62,916 nt of DNA, filler included, from Hyphochytrium catenoides (GCA_900088475.1; 18 parts of 18 records of this genome joined end to end with filler, not necessarily neighbours in it); one strand, 5' to 3'. Counted from the whole stretch's first letter, positions 22,338-36,964 are shown. Program-made: numbers and translations. Notes: generated from the letters alone by a model not told the origin.

Positions 22338-23291
22338 CTCTCTCTCTCTTTCTCTCTCTCCCTCCCTCTCGCTCTCTCTGGCTCTTTCTCCTCTCTCTCT
22401 CTCAGTGCCCGTCTCTCTTCTCCTCTTCTGCTAAAGCCCTATGTAATTCTCAATAAGCACGTTTACTTCCTCTGTGCGTAAGAAAGTGTAGAGGGGAATA
22501 TCATCTCTTTGCTTAAGCCTTACCATCCTTAGCAGACCACTTTCTGGCGAAAGAGAGAGAAAATGCTTCTGCGCACCGATAGCGAGAGAGAAGGGAGAAA
22601 GAGAGAGAGNNNNNNNNNNNNNNNNNNNNNNNNNNNNNNNAGAGAGAGGGACGAGAGAGAGAGAGAGAGGGACGAGAGAGAGAGAGAGGAGAGTTAATGA
22701 GAAAGAGAGAGAGTGAAGGAAGGATAGAAGCCGTGAGCAACTAAGAGATCAATGAGTCGGAGAGAATGGCAGAGGAACTAGGAAGCGGGAGGAGCGAAAG
22801 AGAAAGATTGAAAGGTGACAGGGGGAGAGTGGCCACAGGAATTGAAGATTGGGATGGATTCAAAGCTGGAAGCAGAAAATCCTGAGGACGACGGAGGAGA
22901 GCAAGGTACCAAAAAATGGGGCAAGAAAGAGAGAGAGACAGACAGAAAGAGAGAGCCAGAGATGGAGAGAGATACAAGGAGCCAGAGTAGATTACTAAAT
23001 GCCAATAGATAACCATCAAGGAACAAAGTGCACGCTAGACAGGGACAGAGAGAGGTACAAGGAGAGAGACAGAGCGATGATATAGTAGGCAGAGACAGAG
23101 ACAGAGAGAGAGATCAGTCCACCCCGATATTTCGCGTGCGAGACAGTTACTATTTTTATTAGCTTGGGTTCATCCGAAAGAAAAGAGAGAGAGATATAAA
23201 GTGAAAGAGGACAGATGCCCCGGAATTTTTTCGCTCTGCTAATGTCTTTCTATCTCCCGAGGAGGAGGAAGCATCGTTGAGATCCTTTTAC

Positions 23292-23370
<79 letters not shown>

Positions 23371-24336
23371 CCCCCTCATGCTGGAATAATCTGATACTCT
23401 CTTCTTTAGCTCCACTAACTGAAAGTGCTTTTTCTTTTCTCTTCGTCGTTCTTGTCTTCTTTCTTCTCTTTCTTACAGTTTTTTCCTTACTCTTTCTACG
23501 TAATCAATCTTGTTCAAAAGGGAAAGAGTGAGAGAGAGTGAGTGAGAGAGAGTAGTCTCTTCTCTATGTTCTCTGTCCCTATAGAAACTATTTTCCAATG
23601 GGTTCTATCTCTTCTCTTCCTTCTTTCTCTCAGCTGCTCCGCGAGAAGACTTCGAGAAGAGCTTGGAGACGAGGGAAGAAGACGAGGAAGAAGAGAGAGA
23701 AGATCCTTCTCCTCCCTTCTTCTCTCCTCCGCCGTCTTCTCTCTCTTTGCGCTCTCTTTCTCGGACGAGCCTGTCATACTCTTTCTTGTGCAGTAGATCC
23801 ATCATCTTCTTGTCTTCTGGCTTGCTGCTTCGCGCGGGAGAGAGGGATAGTGTTCTCTCTCTCTTTTTGTCTTTCTCTTCTCTTGATGTACGGGAGAGAA
23901 ACTTCTTTCTTTCTCTCTGTTTTTGTCCTTCTCTTTGCCGAAAGCGGGTGATGGGCTCTGGGCGGGTTGTTGGCTGCTCTGGCTCTTCTTCTGGTTGCTG
24001 AAGAGCTGGAAACTTGATAAGTGAGAGCGAGAAGAGAGAGAGCACGGGAAAAGAGAGAGACAGGACGCAGCAAATGGTGCCAAGGAGAAGATAGTAGTCT
24101 TTAAGGAAAGAAGAGGGAGAAGACCAACTCAGAGGGGAAGGGGAGGGGGAGGGAGAGTCAAAATAGGGCAGAGAGATCAAGAGAGAGAGAGGGAGAGAGA
24201 GAGAAAATTGAGGGGTTGAGCGAGAAAGCGGCAGAGAGATGAAAGAGAACCATTTTCTTTGAGGGGGCAGTAAGGGGGACGGAGGGAAGAGAGAACGCAA
24301 GAAATAGCATGAGGAATAGGAAAGAGAAAGAGAGAA

Positions 24337-24372
<36 letters not shown>

Positions 24373-24495
24373 CGAGACGAAGCGTTGGGAGAGTCTTGGG
24401 GGCCTTCTCCCTCTTCTGGCAGCCAGAAGAAACAGGATCCAACACTTTGAACAAGGGAGCATCACAAAGCGTTGTTGTTTCTCCCTTTATATCTT

Positions 24496-24537
<42 letters not shown>

Positions 24538-25039
24538 GTTTCTATCGCCCTCTCCCTCATGACGCTTCCTGCCCACTTGAAACGGCCAAAGAAGCAGAGC
24601 TAATGTCTCGTGGTGGTGGTTGGTTGGCGAGGGAGAAAGGGGTAGCAGAAACTCCCGCCCAGTAGGAAGAAGAAAGATATGAAGACAAACATTCCTCTTT
24701 CAAGGCCAGCTCCCGTTGTTTCTCTCTTTCTTTCTCTCTCTCCTTATGGCGCTGGAACCTGCAGAAGAAGATGTTTGACAAAGGAAGGAGGAGGTTGACA
24801 CTAAAAGGGAGAAGGAGGAAACGAGATAGACACCACTAGAGGAGAGATGAAGAGAGAGAAGAGAGAGAGAGAGAGCGAGTTGATGATGAAGTTTGGTCGA
24901 TGCCATGAGAAACTTCAAGGTCAGCCATTATCTATTTTAATGTTCCGCCATCTATGATTTTGTTACGACTTCATCTGCTATTATGTAAGACACGAGCGAA
25001 GACCAACACTCTCCATTCTCTCTCTCTTTTTCTCTCTCT

Positions 25040-25080
<41 letters not shown>

Positions 25081-26524
25081 TACCCTTGCTCTTTCCCTTG
25101 TGGCTCGTCCCGGCCAGTTGCCCTTGCCCTTCTTTACCCTCCGACTCTTCGTCATGAGTGATGATGGGCCTCCTCAAGTGAGAGGCCACAGGAGACAGAG
25201 CGGAAGGAGATACAAGAAACCCTCGCTAAAGGTATGAGCTCGTTGTGACAGATGTTGCAAGAGATGCGAGTGGAGGAATGATGGTCAATAAAGCTTCAGC
25301 TTTACTTTTGGTTTTGGTCATTCACGTGCTGATGATGATGGGTCTCCGCCTCCATCATTCAACGCTGATCATGAGAGAAGAAGGAGAAAGCGAGTGGAAG
25401 AAGGACAAAGAGAAGAAATATTATTAGAAGAGGCGCAACCAGATCTAGTTCTAGAACTATTTGTTGCTTGCTTGGTCAATGCCTGTTAAAATTTCTGGCA
25501 GGTAAGAGAGCAGACGGAAGTCTGGGTATTGGACACACAGAAGAAGGAGAGACGGAACAGACGGGAGAGATTGGAGAGAGACAGAGAGGAGAGAGAGACA
25601 CACAGAGAGAGAGAGAGACAGAGAGAGGGAGACAGAGTTATTGTTAGATTCATGGATTTGGACATCCGACATCGCCTAAACCCTTTGTTGCGCCACAATA
25701 GTGCACTAGCTCGTCAGAGGGAGACAGCGGTGGACAAAAGACTAGACCTCGGAGAAAGAGCGAGGTTAGAGGTAGAAGAAGAGCCGAAGAGAGTGGGCTC
25801 TACAAAGAGTGCGATCAGCGATGACAGAAGGAAAGACGAGGGTATCAGAGGAAAGGAGAGAGAGAGAGAGCAAAGAAGAGAGAGAGAGCAAAAGAGAGAG
25901 AGAGAGAGAAAGAGATGTTGAGTGTCAGTGGAGGGTAGGAACATGAGCAGAGAAGGTAGGAGGAGGTATGCAGAACCTCTAAGGCAACTGCTAAGAAAAT
26001 GCTGTCCGAACCACATTTCGAATCTAAAGTGCTGTCATACCAAATCCTCATCGCTTGGAAATGTTCCTTACAGAATCTGACTGTAGGCGCTTTGATGCGA
26101 CCGAAATGGAATCTTTTTGGTCAAAAAGGATTCACTTCTATGATCTACCCTCTCAATAACAAATAGTGCCGTACTGGTTTAGAATGCAGTGTATGCTGAT
26201 GCTACGCATTAGGAATATTTGATGCTGCTGGCTGCCGGGATGAGGGAAGGAATGGTTGGTCTGAGGGGCTTGACCGTTGGCATTTTCCCTCCTCTCTCAG
26301 AGGATTCCTGGAGTGTTCTCTTGATGAGAGCATCTCCACCGGGAGTCTCTAAATGAATCTCTATTGCCGCNNNNNNNNNNNNNNNNNNNNNNNNNNNNNN
26401 NNNNNNNNNNNNNNTTAATTAATTAANNNNNNNNNNNNNNNNNNNNNNNNNNNNNNNNNNNNNNNNNNNNTCCCTAAAAGTCAGTTAGCATAAGGTAGCC
26501 TAGTTCTTATTTATCGAGGCGTAC

Positions 26525-27629
26525 CACGGAGTCTGGCTAAGTCCGCGCTCAAGCTTCAGATACCTACCCTTTACCAGCACAGGTGACTGTTGCACGCTAA
26601 CTTCGTAGGTAGAAGGAGTAAGAGGTAGTCGAGCAGGGTAGTATAAAGACTGCTTCTAGTTAGGTATGGTCTTAGGATGTTTTCTGTTGACAGCATCACC
26701 TGCACAGCGTCAGCTATACTTGGCGTCATCCTCGCGCCTGCCAGGGCCGCTTGAATAGCCCCAACACTAAGGGTGTCGTCATGATCAGGCTTGTGGCCGC
26801 GTTTTCGTTTCCGTGGTTCGTCTGTCTTCAGTTTGCATGCCTACGGGCGGAGAACATGGTGCAACATTGAGGAACTAGTGCCCTCACAAAAAGAACGCAG
26901 GCCCATTACTTTCCTTAACTAGTGCTTGAATCTCTTCTTGAGAACCAGGATGATCAACTCTAATGGAGATTTTGAGACCTGCGTCTGGGATGTATGATGG
27001 TGTGGGCTGAAACGCGCTTTCCACTCTATCTCCAATGACGGTCTGCATGACATTTGTTAATTTGCAAACTGGGTGTCTCATAGAAACTGAGTGCTTACTT
27101 TCAAGATATCCTTGAGCTCCATCACCTGTCCCGAAGGAAACGAAAGGGACAACTTCAAACCTGATTGCTTGATGAACTGCAAGGCAACCCATTCTCGAAC
27201 CAACAACGAGGATGGTAGGCAAAGGGCGATAAAGTAGCTCCGGAATTGGTAATCTTCCTGCTTCAAGCGACTGATAACCTCAGTTGACACCCAGCCTTTA
27301 TCGAGGAGGGTTCCTAACACTCCCAGACAAACAGTACAGACTGCAGGCCAGGATGCCGACCGCAGTGTCATCGAGGCGTAAGCATCATGCCCTACGTCTA
27401 CGGCTTTCTCTTACCAACAGTACCTTGTGGGTCCCTATGGCTCTGGCTCTGGGCGCCTGCCTGCTGAGCTGCTGTCTCTTCTATATCAGCACGTGGAAGT
27501 CTAGGGCTATAATTAGCATACCGGCGGCTAATCAATGAGATTCGAGTGTACCCACCTATACAATTCCTCATCTTTTATACCTACAAAGCGAAGGAAGCAC
27601 CAGCAACAGAAGGACAGCTCTTTAGATGC
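26525..27629 (-). CDS. PUS10: tRNA pseudouridine synthase Pus10, N-terminal exons (partial)
   Basis: CCWCFLRFVGI, CTVCLGVL...EDYQFRSYFIALCLPSSLLVRE...MELKDILK, LKISIRVDHPGSQEE and SPVLVRGRYLKLERGLSQTPW occur in the Pus10 order (zinc-binding CxxC pairs, then GRYxKxxRxLxQTPW). Introns are short GT-AG. Confidence 0.88.
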
Positions 27630-27995
27630 NNNNNNNNNNNNNNNNNNNNNNNNNNNNNNNNNNNNNNNNNNNNTTAATTAATTAANNNNNNNNNNNNNNN
27701 NNNNNNNNNNNNNNNNNNNNNNNNNNNNNCACTGATCTCTGATAGGAAGTGGCCCATACTCATCTCTCTCTCTCTCTCTCTCGCTCTCTCTCTCTCCCTC
27801 GTTTCTTTCTCCCTCCTTTTCCTCTGAGCTGACCTGGTTGGGTCTCCGCGCCTGGACCCTTGCCTCTCCTTCCTCTACCGCCGTTTGCTCTCTCTCCTCA
27901 TTTCCAAGGTTCCCACGCTGCCTCTCCTGCTGCTCGCCGCGGACTGCGTGCGCCTAGCATCTTTCTGACATCACATTTTCTGCTATTTCTCTCTC

Positions 27996-28045
<50 letters not shown>

Positions 28046-28416
28046 TCATCTCTCTTCTCTTCAATGATCCGTGATCTCCAGGAAGAGAGAAACTTCTGAA
28101 TGGTGGATTCGCATCTAAACTAATACCGCCGCTACTGTCAGGTGACACTCCTAGAGTACTATATCACCTAAAGATAGGCCGCCATCGTCAAGGCAAGGAT
28201 GCACACAAAATCGTCTTTCCCCTCTCTCTCTCTTTCTCACCCTTTCAGTCATATAACAGGAGAAGTCTGCCAATAGAGAGAAAGAAAGAGAGAGAGAAAG
28301 AAAGAGAGAGAAAAAGAGAGAGAGAGACAGAGGGATGTTCTTCACTTATTTAGGGGTTACAATAGTCACACCTCATTGAAAAAATAAAGTCTATTTTATC
28401 TCTTTCTACCCCTTTC

Positions 28417-28454
<38 letters not shown>

Positions 28455-28498
28455 CTGCTTCCTGACACTTATTTGCGTTCTCTTAGCTTCTCTCATCT

Positions 28499-28770
28499 CT
28501 ACCCCACCGCCCGCTCCGCGCCTCTCTCTCTCTCCTTCCTCCTTCTCACACTGCCAGACCCTCCTTTCCCTCTCTCTCCTCCTTTGCCTCTCTCTCCTCC
28601 TCGCTCTTCCCTGGTGTCTACTGTCACGTAATCCTGCAGACACAATCCATGGTCAGACGAGTAGAAAAGGCCAAGCGACGGCAGCGAGAAGATGGTGAAA
28701 AGTTGAGAAAGAAGGAAGAGAGGCCAAGACCCTTAAGAGACTGAAGAGGCTGTGGCCATGCAAGAGAGAC

Positions 28771-28814
<44 letters not shown>

Positions 28815-29117
28815 CATCAGAGGAACAAAAAGAGCGGACAGACAGGAAAAGACAGCTCTATCTTGCGGAGAGAAAAGCTGAAGACTTACATCTGCATTGG
28901 ACACGTTTCGGAAGGAGTCCTAGGAATGAGACAGAAGAAAGACAAGAAGATAAGGGGCCAGGATGCAGGAAGAAGAGAAAGAGAGGAAGATAGTCAGTGG
29001 GCGGAGCTCGTGCTGGATAAAGGACTGGGACGTACTAAATAGGAGGAGAAAGCACTTGGGAGGACGCCAACCAGAAACAGGAACTAACTAAAGAGCGAGA
29101 GGGGAGAGACGGATAGC

Positions 29118-29161
<44 letters not shown>

Positions 29162-29645
29162 AAGAAAGAGAAAAGAACATTGGGAGGAGAGAGAAGAGGA
29201 GGAAACAGGGTGGAAAAGAGCGACAGCAGGAGCGCAAGAAACAAGAGAGAATGTCGGGGAGCAGCAGAGCTGAGGTCCCTTAAAGCAGGAAACAGCGACA
29301 AATATTCAGGAGTGCCAGAGGGTGGGAGTGAGAAGCCGCGATGGGAAGGTTGGAGAGAGAGAAGCGACAGGAGAGAGCACAGAGAAAGGAAGGAGAGAGA
29401 CCGGTAAGAGAAGAGGGTTTATCTTACGTCAATGTGTTTCTTGAACTTCAGCTTGGTTGCCATCCACTTGAGATCTCCCTTCTCTTCCTTTCCAGCCACA
29501 GCGTCATCTTCCTCTACCACTTGCCCGTGATAGGCCTCGACTTCTTCTTCTGCGCCTCCTTCCTTTTGCACAGTCTCTTTCGCTTTCCGAACTGTGGCTT
29601 GAAACTCTAACATCTTCTTCAATGTCTACAATCATCATACCAAGG

Positions 29646-29693
<48 letters not shown>

Positions 29694-30824
29694 CACGTCC
29701 AAATTTCATGAGGCAAGACGCCTTATCAGTCAGCGAAAGTCAAGCGGCCCAGGGGAAAAAGAGAGAGAGAGGAAGGGGGAAAGAGAAGCAAAGAGAGAGC
29801 CACTACCTCTTGCTGTCTATTGCCGAAGGTCTTCTTGTTGACCAAGTATTTCTTTCGCCTCTGCTCCAAAGGAGACAGCATCTCCTGGAAAGCTTGCTCC
29901 TTTTCATGAGCCTCCGCCTTCTCTCCTGTCAGAACGTTCACAGCCTTCATTGTCTTCAGCTGGCGCTTCAGGTTTCTCAGCTCTTCTCTGTCAAAGAGAG
30001 AGAATAGCCATGTAAAGACGTGGACTATCAAAAGGAACAGTCTAGGGAGAGAGAGAGAGAGCCGGACAGAAGAGAGAAGAGAGGCTATGGTCAACGAAGA
30101 CAGAGAGAGAGAGTGGGAGAGAGAAGATAAAGACCTAAGGAGACTCGAGGTTCCTTACTTTCGTCTTGCAGCTTCACTCTTAAGGTCCTCTCTACTGCTC
30201 TGCCCCTGCTTTCTTGTCCTGCCTTTCGAGGTTTGGATCTCTTCTTCTTCTTCCTCTTCCTCCTCTTCAGACCTATTCTTCTTTCTCTCCTCCTCCGACC
30301 CTGATGGGTGCTTTCTCTTCTTGCCAAGTGCTCTCTGCTTCTCTCTAAGAGTTTGCCTCATTTTCTCTGCAAAGTCTCCTTCATCTCCACCCTTGTCTCC
30401 TTCTTCTCCTTCTTTCTTTGTCTTCTCCTTCACTCTCTCTCTTAGTTGCTCCTTTCTATCGTGTGCAGGTGTCTCTCCCTTTGTTCTTTCTATTATTTTC
30501 TGCAGCTCTGGGTCCACTTTGTTGGCGAGCTTGGGGTCATTGAGGACATCATGGCTACTTTTCATCCCAACTGCAGACCACAAGACGAAGACAGTAAGAG
30601 ACCAACCGGCAGCGAGAATACATAGCTGGGTAAGAGAGTGTGTGTGTGTGTGTTAGAGAGAGAGAGAGAGAGAGAGAGANNNNNNNNNNNNNNNNNNNNN
30701 NNNNNNNNNNNNNNNNNNNNNNNNNNNNNNNNNNNNNNNNNNNNNNNNAGAGAGAGAGAGAGAGAGAAAGTGAGAGAGAGAAGGAGAGAGGGACAGACAG
30801 ACAGAGAGCGAGAGAAGAATGTGG

Positions 30825-30859
<35 letters not shown>

Positions 30860-32972
30860 GACAGAGGACAGACAGAGAACAGAAAGAGAGACGACAGAGA
30901 GAGACGACAGAGAGAGACAAAGTGCTGGAAAAGACGACACCAAAGCAGACAATGCAAAAGATTCTGAGACAAAGGAGCGGCGGAGACAGAGGAGAAGTTA
31001 ATGGCGGAAGGAGCCAATATGTAAGAGACAGGAAGATAGAGAAGAGGTTAGGAAGGAGGAAGAGGGAGTCTACCTGGAACTGGTAAAGATTCTTCTGCTT
31101 CTTCGTCTTCTCCAAATGAAAGGAGCTTTAGGTTCTTCGTCGCTTTCCTATTCTTTCTCCTTAGATCCGCCTCAGAAACCTGACTCTGCTCCGTCTTCTT
31201 TGGCCGAATGTCCCTACTCATAGTCAGTGCGAGAGATGGAACGCGAGTTTCAGTCAGAGGAGAGAAGAAGGGGGAAGGAGGGAGATGCAGCATAAAAAGA
31301 GTAAAGCTCAAGCAGCAGCAGTCAAAGAAGGAGATCTATAGCAGCAGAGGGAAGAAGTGGAGAAAGGTACAAGCAGATGATAGCCAAACGGTCCATCCTT
31401 CATTTCCTCTGCTGCAAAACACTGAAGAGAAAGGAGGAGATGGTACGAGCTCTCGATACTTCTCGTGGTAAAGGTTCGACGAGAGGAGCACCTGACTGTC
31501 AGGTCTTCGAAGGGATTCGAAAGCACCTCCACGGCAAGAACTTTGGGAGGATCCAGAGGTCGTTCCCCTTTATCTGTTGGCATCTCATTAACCTTCAGAA
31601 GGTTGAACAGTGTTTTGCCAGTCACCTAAGTTTGAGGAAGAGGGAAGACAAAGATCAGAAGTGACCTTAGACTCCAATGTTTTGCCGTTGCTCGGATACT
31701 TTTGATCCTCCGTGGTCCTCAAGGGCTTAAACCCACCGTCTTACTTCCGTTGCCTTCATCACTATCTCTAGTCTCTCTCTCTCTCTCTCTTATATCCTTT
31801 CAAAATGAGCCGGTGGCGGAGCCTTTTGGGCGTTCTACCTTGCCAAAGATGGTATGCTTCTTGTTGAGCCACTCGCACTGGTCAAGAGTGAAGAAGAACT
31901 GGCTGTGGTTTGAGTGTGGCTTGTTCTCGTTCGCCATCGCTAAGATTCCGCGGTGATTGAACCGCAGACGAGAGTGGAACTCGTCCTGAAAGGGTCCGTC
32001 ATAGACAGACTCGCCCCCTAAAGAAAGGAGGAAGAAGAAGGATGAGCGGGCGGACGATCGGAGAACGACCGAGGGCCAATACGAAGCCTTAAGAGAGGAG
32101 CTAGCGGCAGTGCATGGGTGCTTCACCAATGAGTGAGAAGAGAAAGCTGGTGAGGATGCAGGAGAGACAGTCCAGCCAGAAGAATGGGAGAAAGAAGAGA
32201 GAGGGAAAGGAGAAGAGAAAACAGAGAGAGAAGTAGAGAAGAGAGGATGGCAGCAGGGTAAGAGAGCGGCGAGAGAGAGAGAGAGAGAGACAGGCACAGG
32301 GACTACGACGGGAGGCAGCGGGACAGTAAACGAGGTCTGGACAGGAAGGACGGGGAAGAAGAGGAATGAAAACGGTCGGGACAAATGAAACAACAAGAGT
32401 GAGCAGGAGACATGCTTTAGACCCATACCAACGTCTGCAGGGGATAGTAACAGAGTTTCGCTTTGAGATGACATAGACAGACAGAATGAAGCGAAGGAGT
32501 AGAGACAAGGAGTGATGAGGCTGAGAGAGGGAAGTGGTCCAGCTACCTGAGCCTGTCCCTGTGGGATCTCCGCCTTGCAACATAAAGTCCTTGATAAGCC
32601 GATGAAAGATCGTGTTGTCATAGTACTGGCAGCAGAAGCAAAGGTGAGACAGAACTCAGAGTGAAAGAGAGGTAGAGCCTTACAAAGGCTCTTAGAGGGA
32701 ACGATGGCGCAGGGGGCAGGAGGAAAAGCGCAGGCAGGTGCACGAAGAAGAAGGAAACCTGGCGTACTAGAAGAAGGTGATTGATTGCAGCTCTACACTG
32801 CGCAGGCAGCTCGCAGATTGATGGGACACAGATTAAAGAAGGGAGGACATAGAAGGTAAGGGATGGCAGAGCTGTGTCCAGCTCAAGAAGATGTGCAGTC
32901 GTCAAAGGGCCCCACTAGGACAGATGTTCCCTCTTACCCCTTCAAGGCAGAGCTGCACGAAGTTTCGACACG
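28499..32972 (-). CDS. CWC27: Spliceosome-associated cyclophilin CWC27, multi-exon, 5' end missing
   Basis: [11 protein letters not shown] / [26 protein letters not shown] / [31 protein letters not shown]...[10 protein letters not shown]...KKHTIFGK / [10 protein letters not shown]...NPFEDL / [13 protein letters not shown] / [13 protein letters not shown] / WMATKLKF / DYVTVD, with TAG at 28501-28499. Confidence 0.93.
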
Positions 32973-34142
32973 NNNNNNNNNNNNNNNNNNNNNNNNNNNN
33001 NNNNNNNNNNNNNNNNTTAATTAATTAANNNNNNNNNNNNNNNNNNNNNNNNNNNNNNNNNNNNNNNNNNNNGAGAGAGAGAGAGAGAGAGAGAGAGAAA
33101 AAAACAAGAAAGAGGAGACTGAAGTGGAGTTCTAAAGAAAATGTGTGAAAGGGGAAAGTGCAAGCGAGTTGGACCGGAACGAGAGAGAGAAAGAGAGAGA
33201 TGGTTAGAGGGAATACGATAGAATTGTTTGTGATAAAGAGGAACGCAACTGCAAGGATTAGAGCCCAGGAGCTTGTGAGAGAGATAGACAGGCACAGAGA
33301 CAGACAGAGAGATGTAGAGACAGAGTGAAGAGAGAGAAGGAAAGAAATAGTGCTAGAGAAAAGGGAAAAAGAATGCCAAAAGCGTTCCTCACACTTTCCT
33401 TTCTTATTGACCTTTATCCCATGGCCACAAAGGCAGTAAAGCGAAGAACAACGCTTTCATTTCTATATACAGCAAAGATTCAACTTCGCTGGCCATAAGA
33501 AAGGGGTCGTATGCGGACCGCCGGGGATGGCCGTTAACGCCATTCTCAGTCCCTGGCTTCTTTGTCCGCAATTCTGTAGCTGAGTACAAGAAGTGATGTT
33601 TGCGCTCTTGAAGGTAGACCAAAGGAAAACGTGTAAAAGCTTCTTTTCGGACTTTGACCCAAGTTGTTCTGCCTTCCCTGTGTCACAAAGCGGAAGCTGT
33701 CACACACACTCAGGAAGCCTATGATAACTGAATAGAGACTATTTTAAAGGTTTAGTTTTTCGGTTATCGGAGGTTTGGTTTCTGCCGCCACTCTGGCGAG
33801 ATTATCAGGACAAAGGAAAGATACTAGAGATTTTGCAGATTTGCATCTTGAAGCTTGAAGATTGAAAATGCGATAACCTGCAACTGCAGAGCCTGGTGAT
33901 GAAGGAGGCAAGTGAAGCTCTGGGATCTATTATAAAAGGGCTGATGACACATTCTTGCTGATATTGCTTGGAGAAAAGGATCTTACTTACTACCAGAAAC
34001 AGAACGGATAGCTAATTTTGCCAGTTTTTCTCATGTAAGGAAGAATGCTGTCTTCGCTACTTGAGGCTTAAGGATGTCAACCGTCATCTTCCCCTAAGTT
34101 TGTCGCTTAGGTTAAAGAGGCTTCGGACTGGCAGCAAGTATC

Positions 34143-35470
34143 ATGGACCCGAATCGACCTTCAGATGATCAAATCTTAAAGCAGACAAATGACATTCAGA
34201 GGCAGATAGAACAAGAACAGCCTCTCATTGCAGCGAAAGTCTCGACATCGGATGCTCTGCAGAAGGATTATGCAGAGAACAATCGCTTCCAGTTTGCTGT
34301 TCAGGACATCTGCCTGGTACATCAATCTAAAGCTCTAGAACCTTTTCATACGCGGCAAAAGCTCACAGAGATCTCGTCCTACATGCGATAGCGATACAAA
34401 GTCATGAGACGGATCCGAGGTGATGGAAACTGCTTCTTCCGAGGCTTTCTCTTTGCTCTCTTCGAACTGTTTGCAGAGGGCCAGGGTGATGCAGAGATAG
34501 AGGTACCTACAGCTTACAAATCTCTGTTGGAAGAGCTTGTCTCAGTCTTTCACTGCGACACAGAAAGAAAGACTGCGCGTGCTGGAGGTCGTTCGACAGA
34601 GTAAGGATCAACTGGTAGCGTTAGGATATAGCGAGTCAGCGATAGAATGCTTCTGGGAAAGCTTTGTGGAAGCAGTAAGTCCAACAGACACTTCTCTTTC
34701 TTTGGTCAGCTTCTTCTACCTTTCTGTTCTCTTATTCTCCTTTCGCCCGCCATTGCTAGTGCTAGACAACGTCCCACCTCTCGCTGACTCTTTCTCACCT
34801 GCAGTTGGAGGGCATCCCGTCCCAGAGTCCTGAACAGATCTACGAGTACTTCTCAGAAGAAGGAGGAGAGTCCAACTACCTCGTTTGGTACATCCGTTTG
34901 CTGACTTCTCTGTCTATCAAGAGCAATCCAGACGAGTTCCTGCCGTTTATAGACGGTCTCTTCCCTGGGTATACCATCAACCAGTTCTGCGCCTCAGAGG
35001 TCGAGCCAGTGGGGAAAGAGAGCGATCAGGTGCGACCTTATTGGCACTTTTTCTTTTTCTCTGCCGCTGTCTCAAGTTTCCTCTCTCTCTCGTTCTCTCT
35101 CTCATTGTGCGCTTTCCGTCTTTCTCTTGGTGCTGAAGCGCGCTCGACTCTGCTGTTGAGGGACCATACTGCCCTTTTGAACAGTCCCAAGTCTTCTTAG
35201 ACTATCTCTTCTGTTTGAGCAATCTCTCAAATCTGACTAATGTTGTCTCTTCTCCTTCTCTTCTCTCACTCCCACCTCCTACTACCTCTTCTTATTCAGG
35301 TCCAGATCACCGCTTTGTCCAAGCTTCTAAGGGTTGGCCTGCTAATCGAGTATCTAGACGGGAACACGGCGGAAGGTAGCCGTTGTCAGAGCTATGTCTT
35401 TCCTGAAGATATGACCCCTCGGCTCCACTTCCTCTATAGACCAGGGCACTACGATATCCTCTACCCATGA
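34143..35470 (+). CDS. OTUB1: Otubain deubiquitinase (peptidase C65), complete, 5 exons
   Basis: Catalytic RRIRGDGNCFFR, SNYLVWYIRLLTS, FCASEVEPVGKESDQ/VQITAL, IEYLDG and C-terminal LYRPGHYDILYP*. Confidence 0.93.
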
Positions 35471-35980
35471 GAAGAGAAGAGAGAGAGAGAGAGAAAGAGT
35501 CTAGAGAAAGACGAAGAACCGTTATTATTTATTCATGGCTTATCAATCAAACAACTTCTTCCCGGTTGGCCTAAGAAGAGCTGATGGATACTTTGTATCA
35601 GATTAATCTGACGTGGCAGGAGAGAGAGAAAACGGCGCAGACGCCGAAAGGGAGAGAAACCCTGCCGTGCTGTCTCCATTTCTAGGGAGAAGAGCGCGGG
35701 AGAGAGGGGTTCGGCTAGTGCCCTCTCTAAACGTGAAAGCCGATAGCATTTGGGATTAAAAGAAAATAACAGCATGAGGTACTAAGATCTGACTCTTGGA
35801 TCGGTGCTCCTTGTACCTTCGTACTTCCAACGATTTGCCAATACCCCTTTCGAGCCGCAAAGGACTGGCAAGGGAAAAATTTGACGAAGAGAGGGAGAGA
35901 GAGAGAGAGAAACTCGAAAGTTGCTATGCTAGGGAAGAGACATCCTTTCTGGCGCGTCGTCATCTCTCTCTTGTTTGGTC

Positions 35981-36931
35981 TCATTTGTGAGCCTTACTCT
36001 CAAGCCATTTCTCTATCTCTTCTCTCAGCTTGTCTTGCGGCTCCAGCATTTCTCTCGTGAGCTTTTGTCTATTGAACGGATCGGATTCATCGTTCAGAAG
36101 ATGCTGCAAGATTGTCTTCTCATCTACCACGTAGCCGCTTGGGAGACGCACTGGCCGGCGCATGAGTGTCTGCATGATTGGGTCGAGGTACTCCTAAAGA
36201 GCCAACAGCACACAGGTCCGTTAGGCCAAGAGACGTCAGAGGGCGAACAGGAGAAGAGAGAAGGCAGGTCCTCACTCTCTCTTTCTTCTTTTTCTCTATC
36301 TGTGTCTCTCTCTATATGTGAAGGTAGACGAAAGGAAAGAGGGCCCTATCTTCCGCATCTTACCTCAGGGATTTCACCCAGCTCATCCTCTTCTCTCTTC
36401 TCGTCTCCGGCAATGCTCTCCACCTCTTGGGCTAGGGCTTCAAACTGTACTATTTTTTCCTCAGGAAGAAGTGAGAGGCGCCGGAGAAGAGAAGGAACTC
36501 TTCCATAGATCGCAGAGTCATAGAAGCCGTCGAGAGCGATGGCCGTCTTGAACTCCTTGCTGCCTGTGAAGTGGAGAATCGTCTCCACGATCTCCTGGAG
36601 CATCCTCCGAGGCCGGAACTTGTAATCCTCAGGGTTGTTGACCTTGAGCTGGATGCCCTGTGGNNNNNNNNNNNNNNNNNNNNNNNNNNNNNNNNNNNNN
36701 NNNNNNNNNNNNNNNNNNNNNNNNNNNNNNNNNNNNNNNNNNNNNAAGGAGACAGAGACAGAGTCAGAGAGGAAGAAGGAAAGGGCAAGAGAGGACATCA
36801 AAAGCGTGAGACCCCACACAGGTTCCTTCAGGAAGGCGTAATGGAGAGCGAAGAAACAAGAAGACTCATAAAGAGAGAGCCGCCAGCAGTAGAAGACAAA
36901 GCAAAGAAGGAAGAGAGAGACAGAGAGACAG

Positions 36932-36964
<33 letters not shown>

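Noticed and set aside
23605-26370. Possible multi-exon minus-strand gene with a low-complexity last exon
   Set aside because: Exon-like patches exist, but I could not build a consistent spliced frame or recognise a domain.
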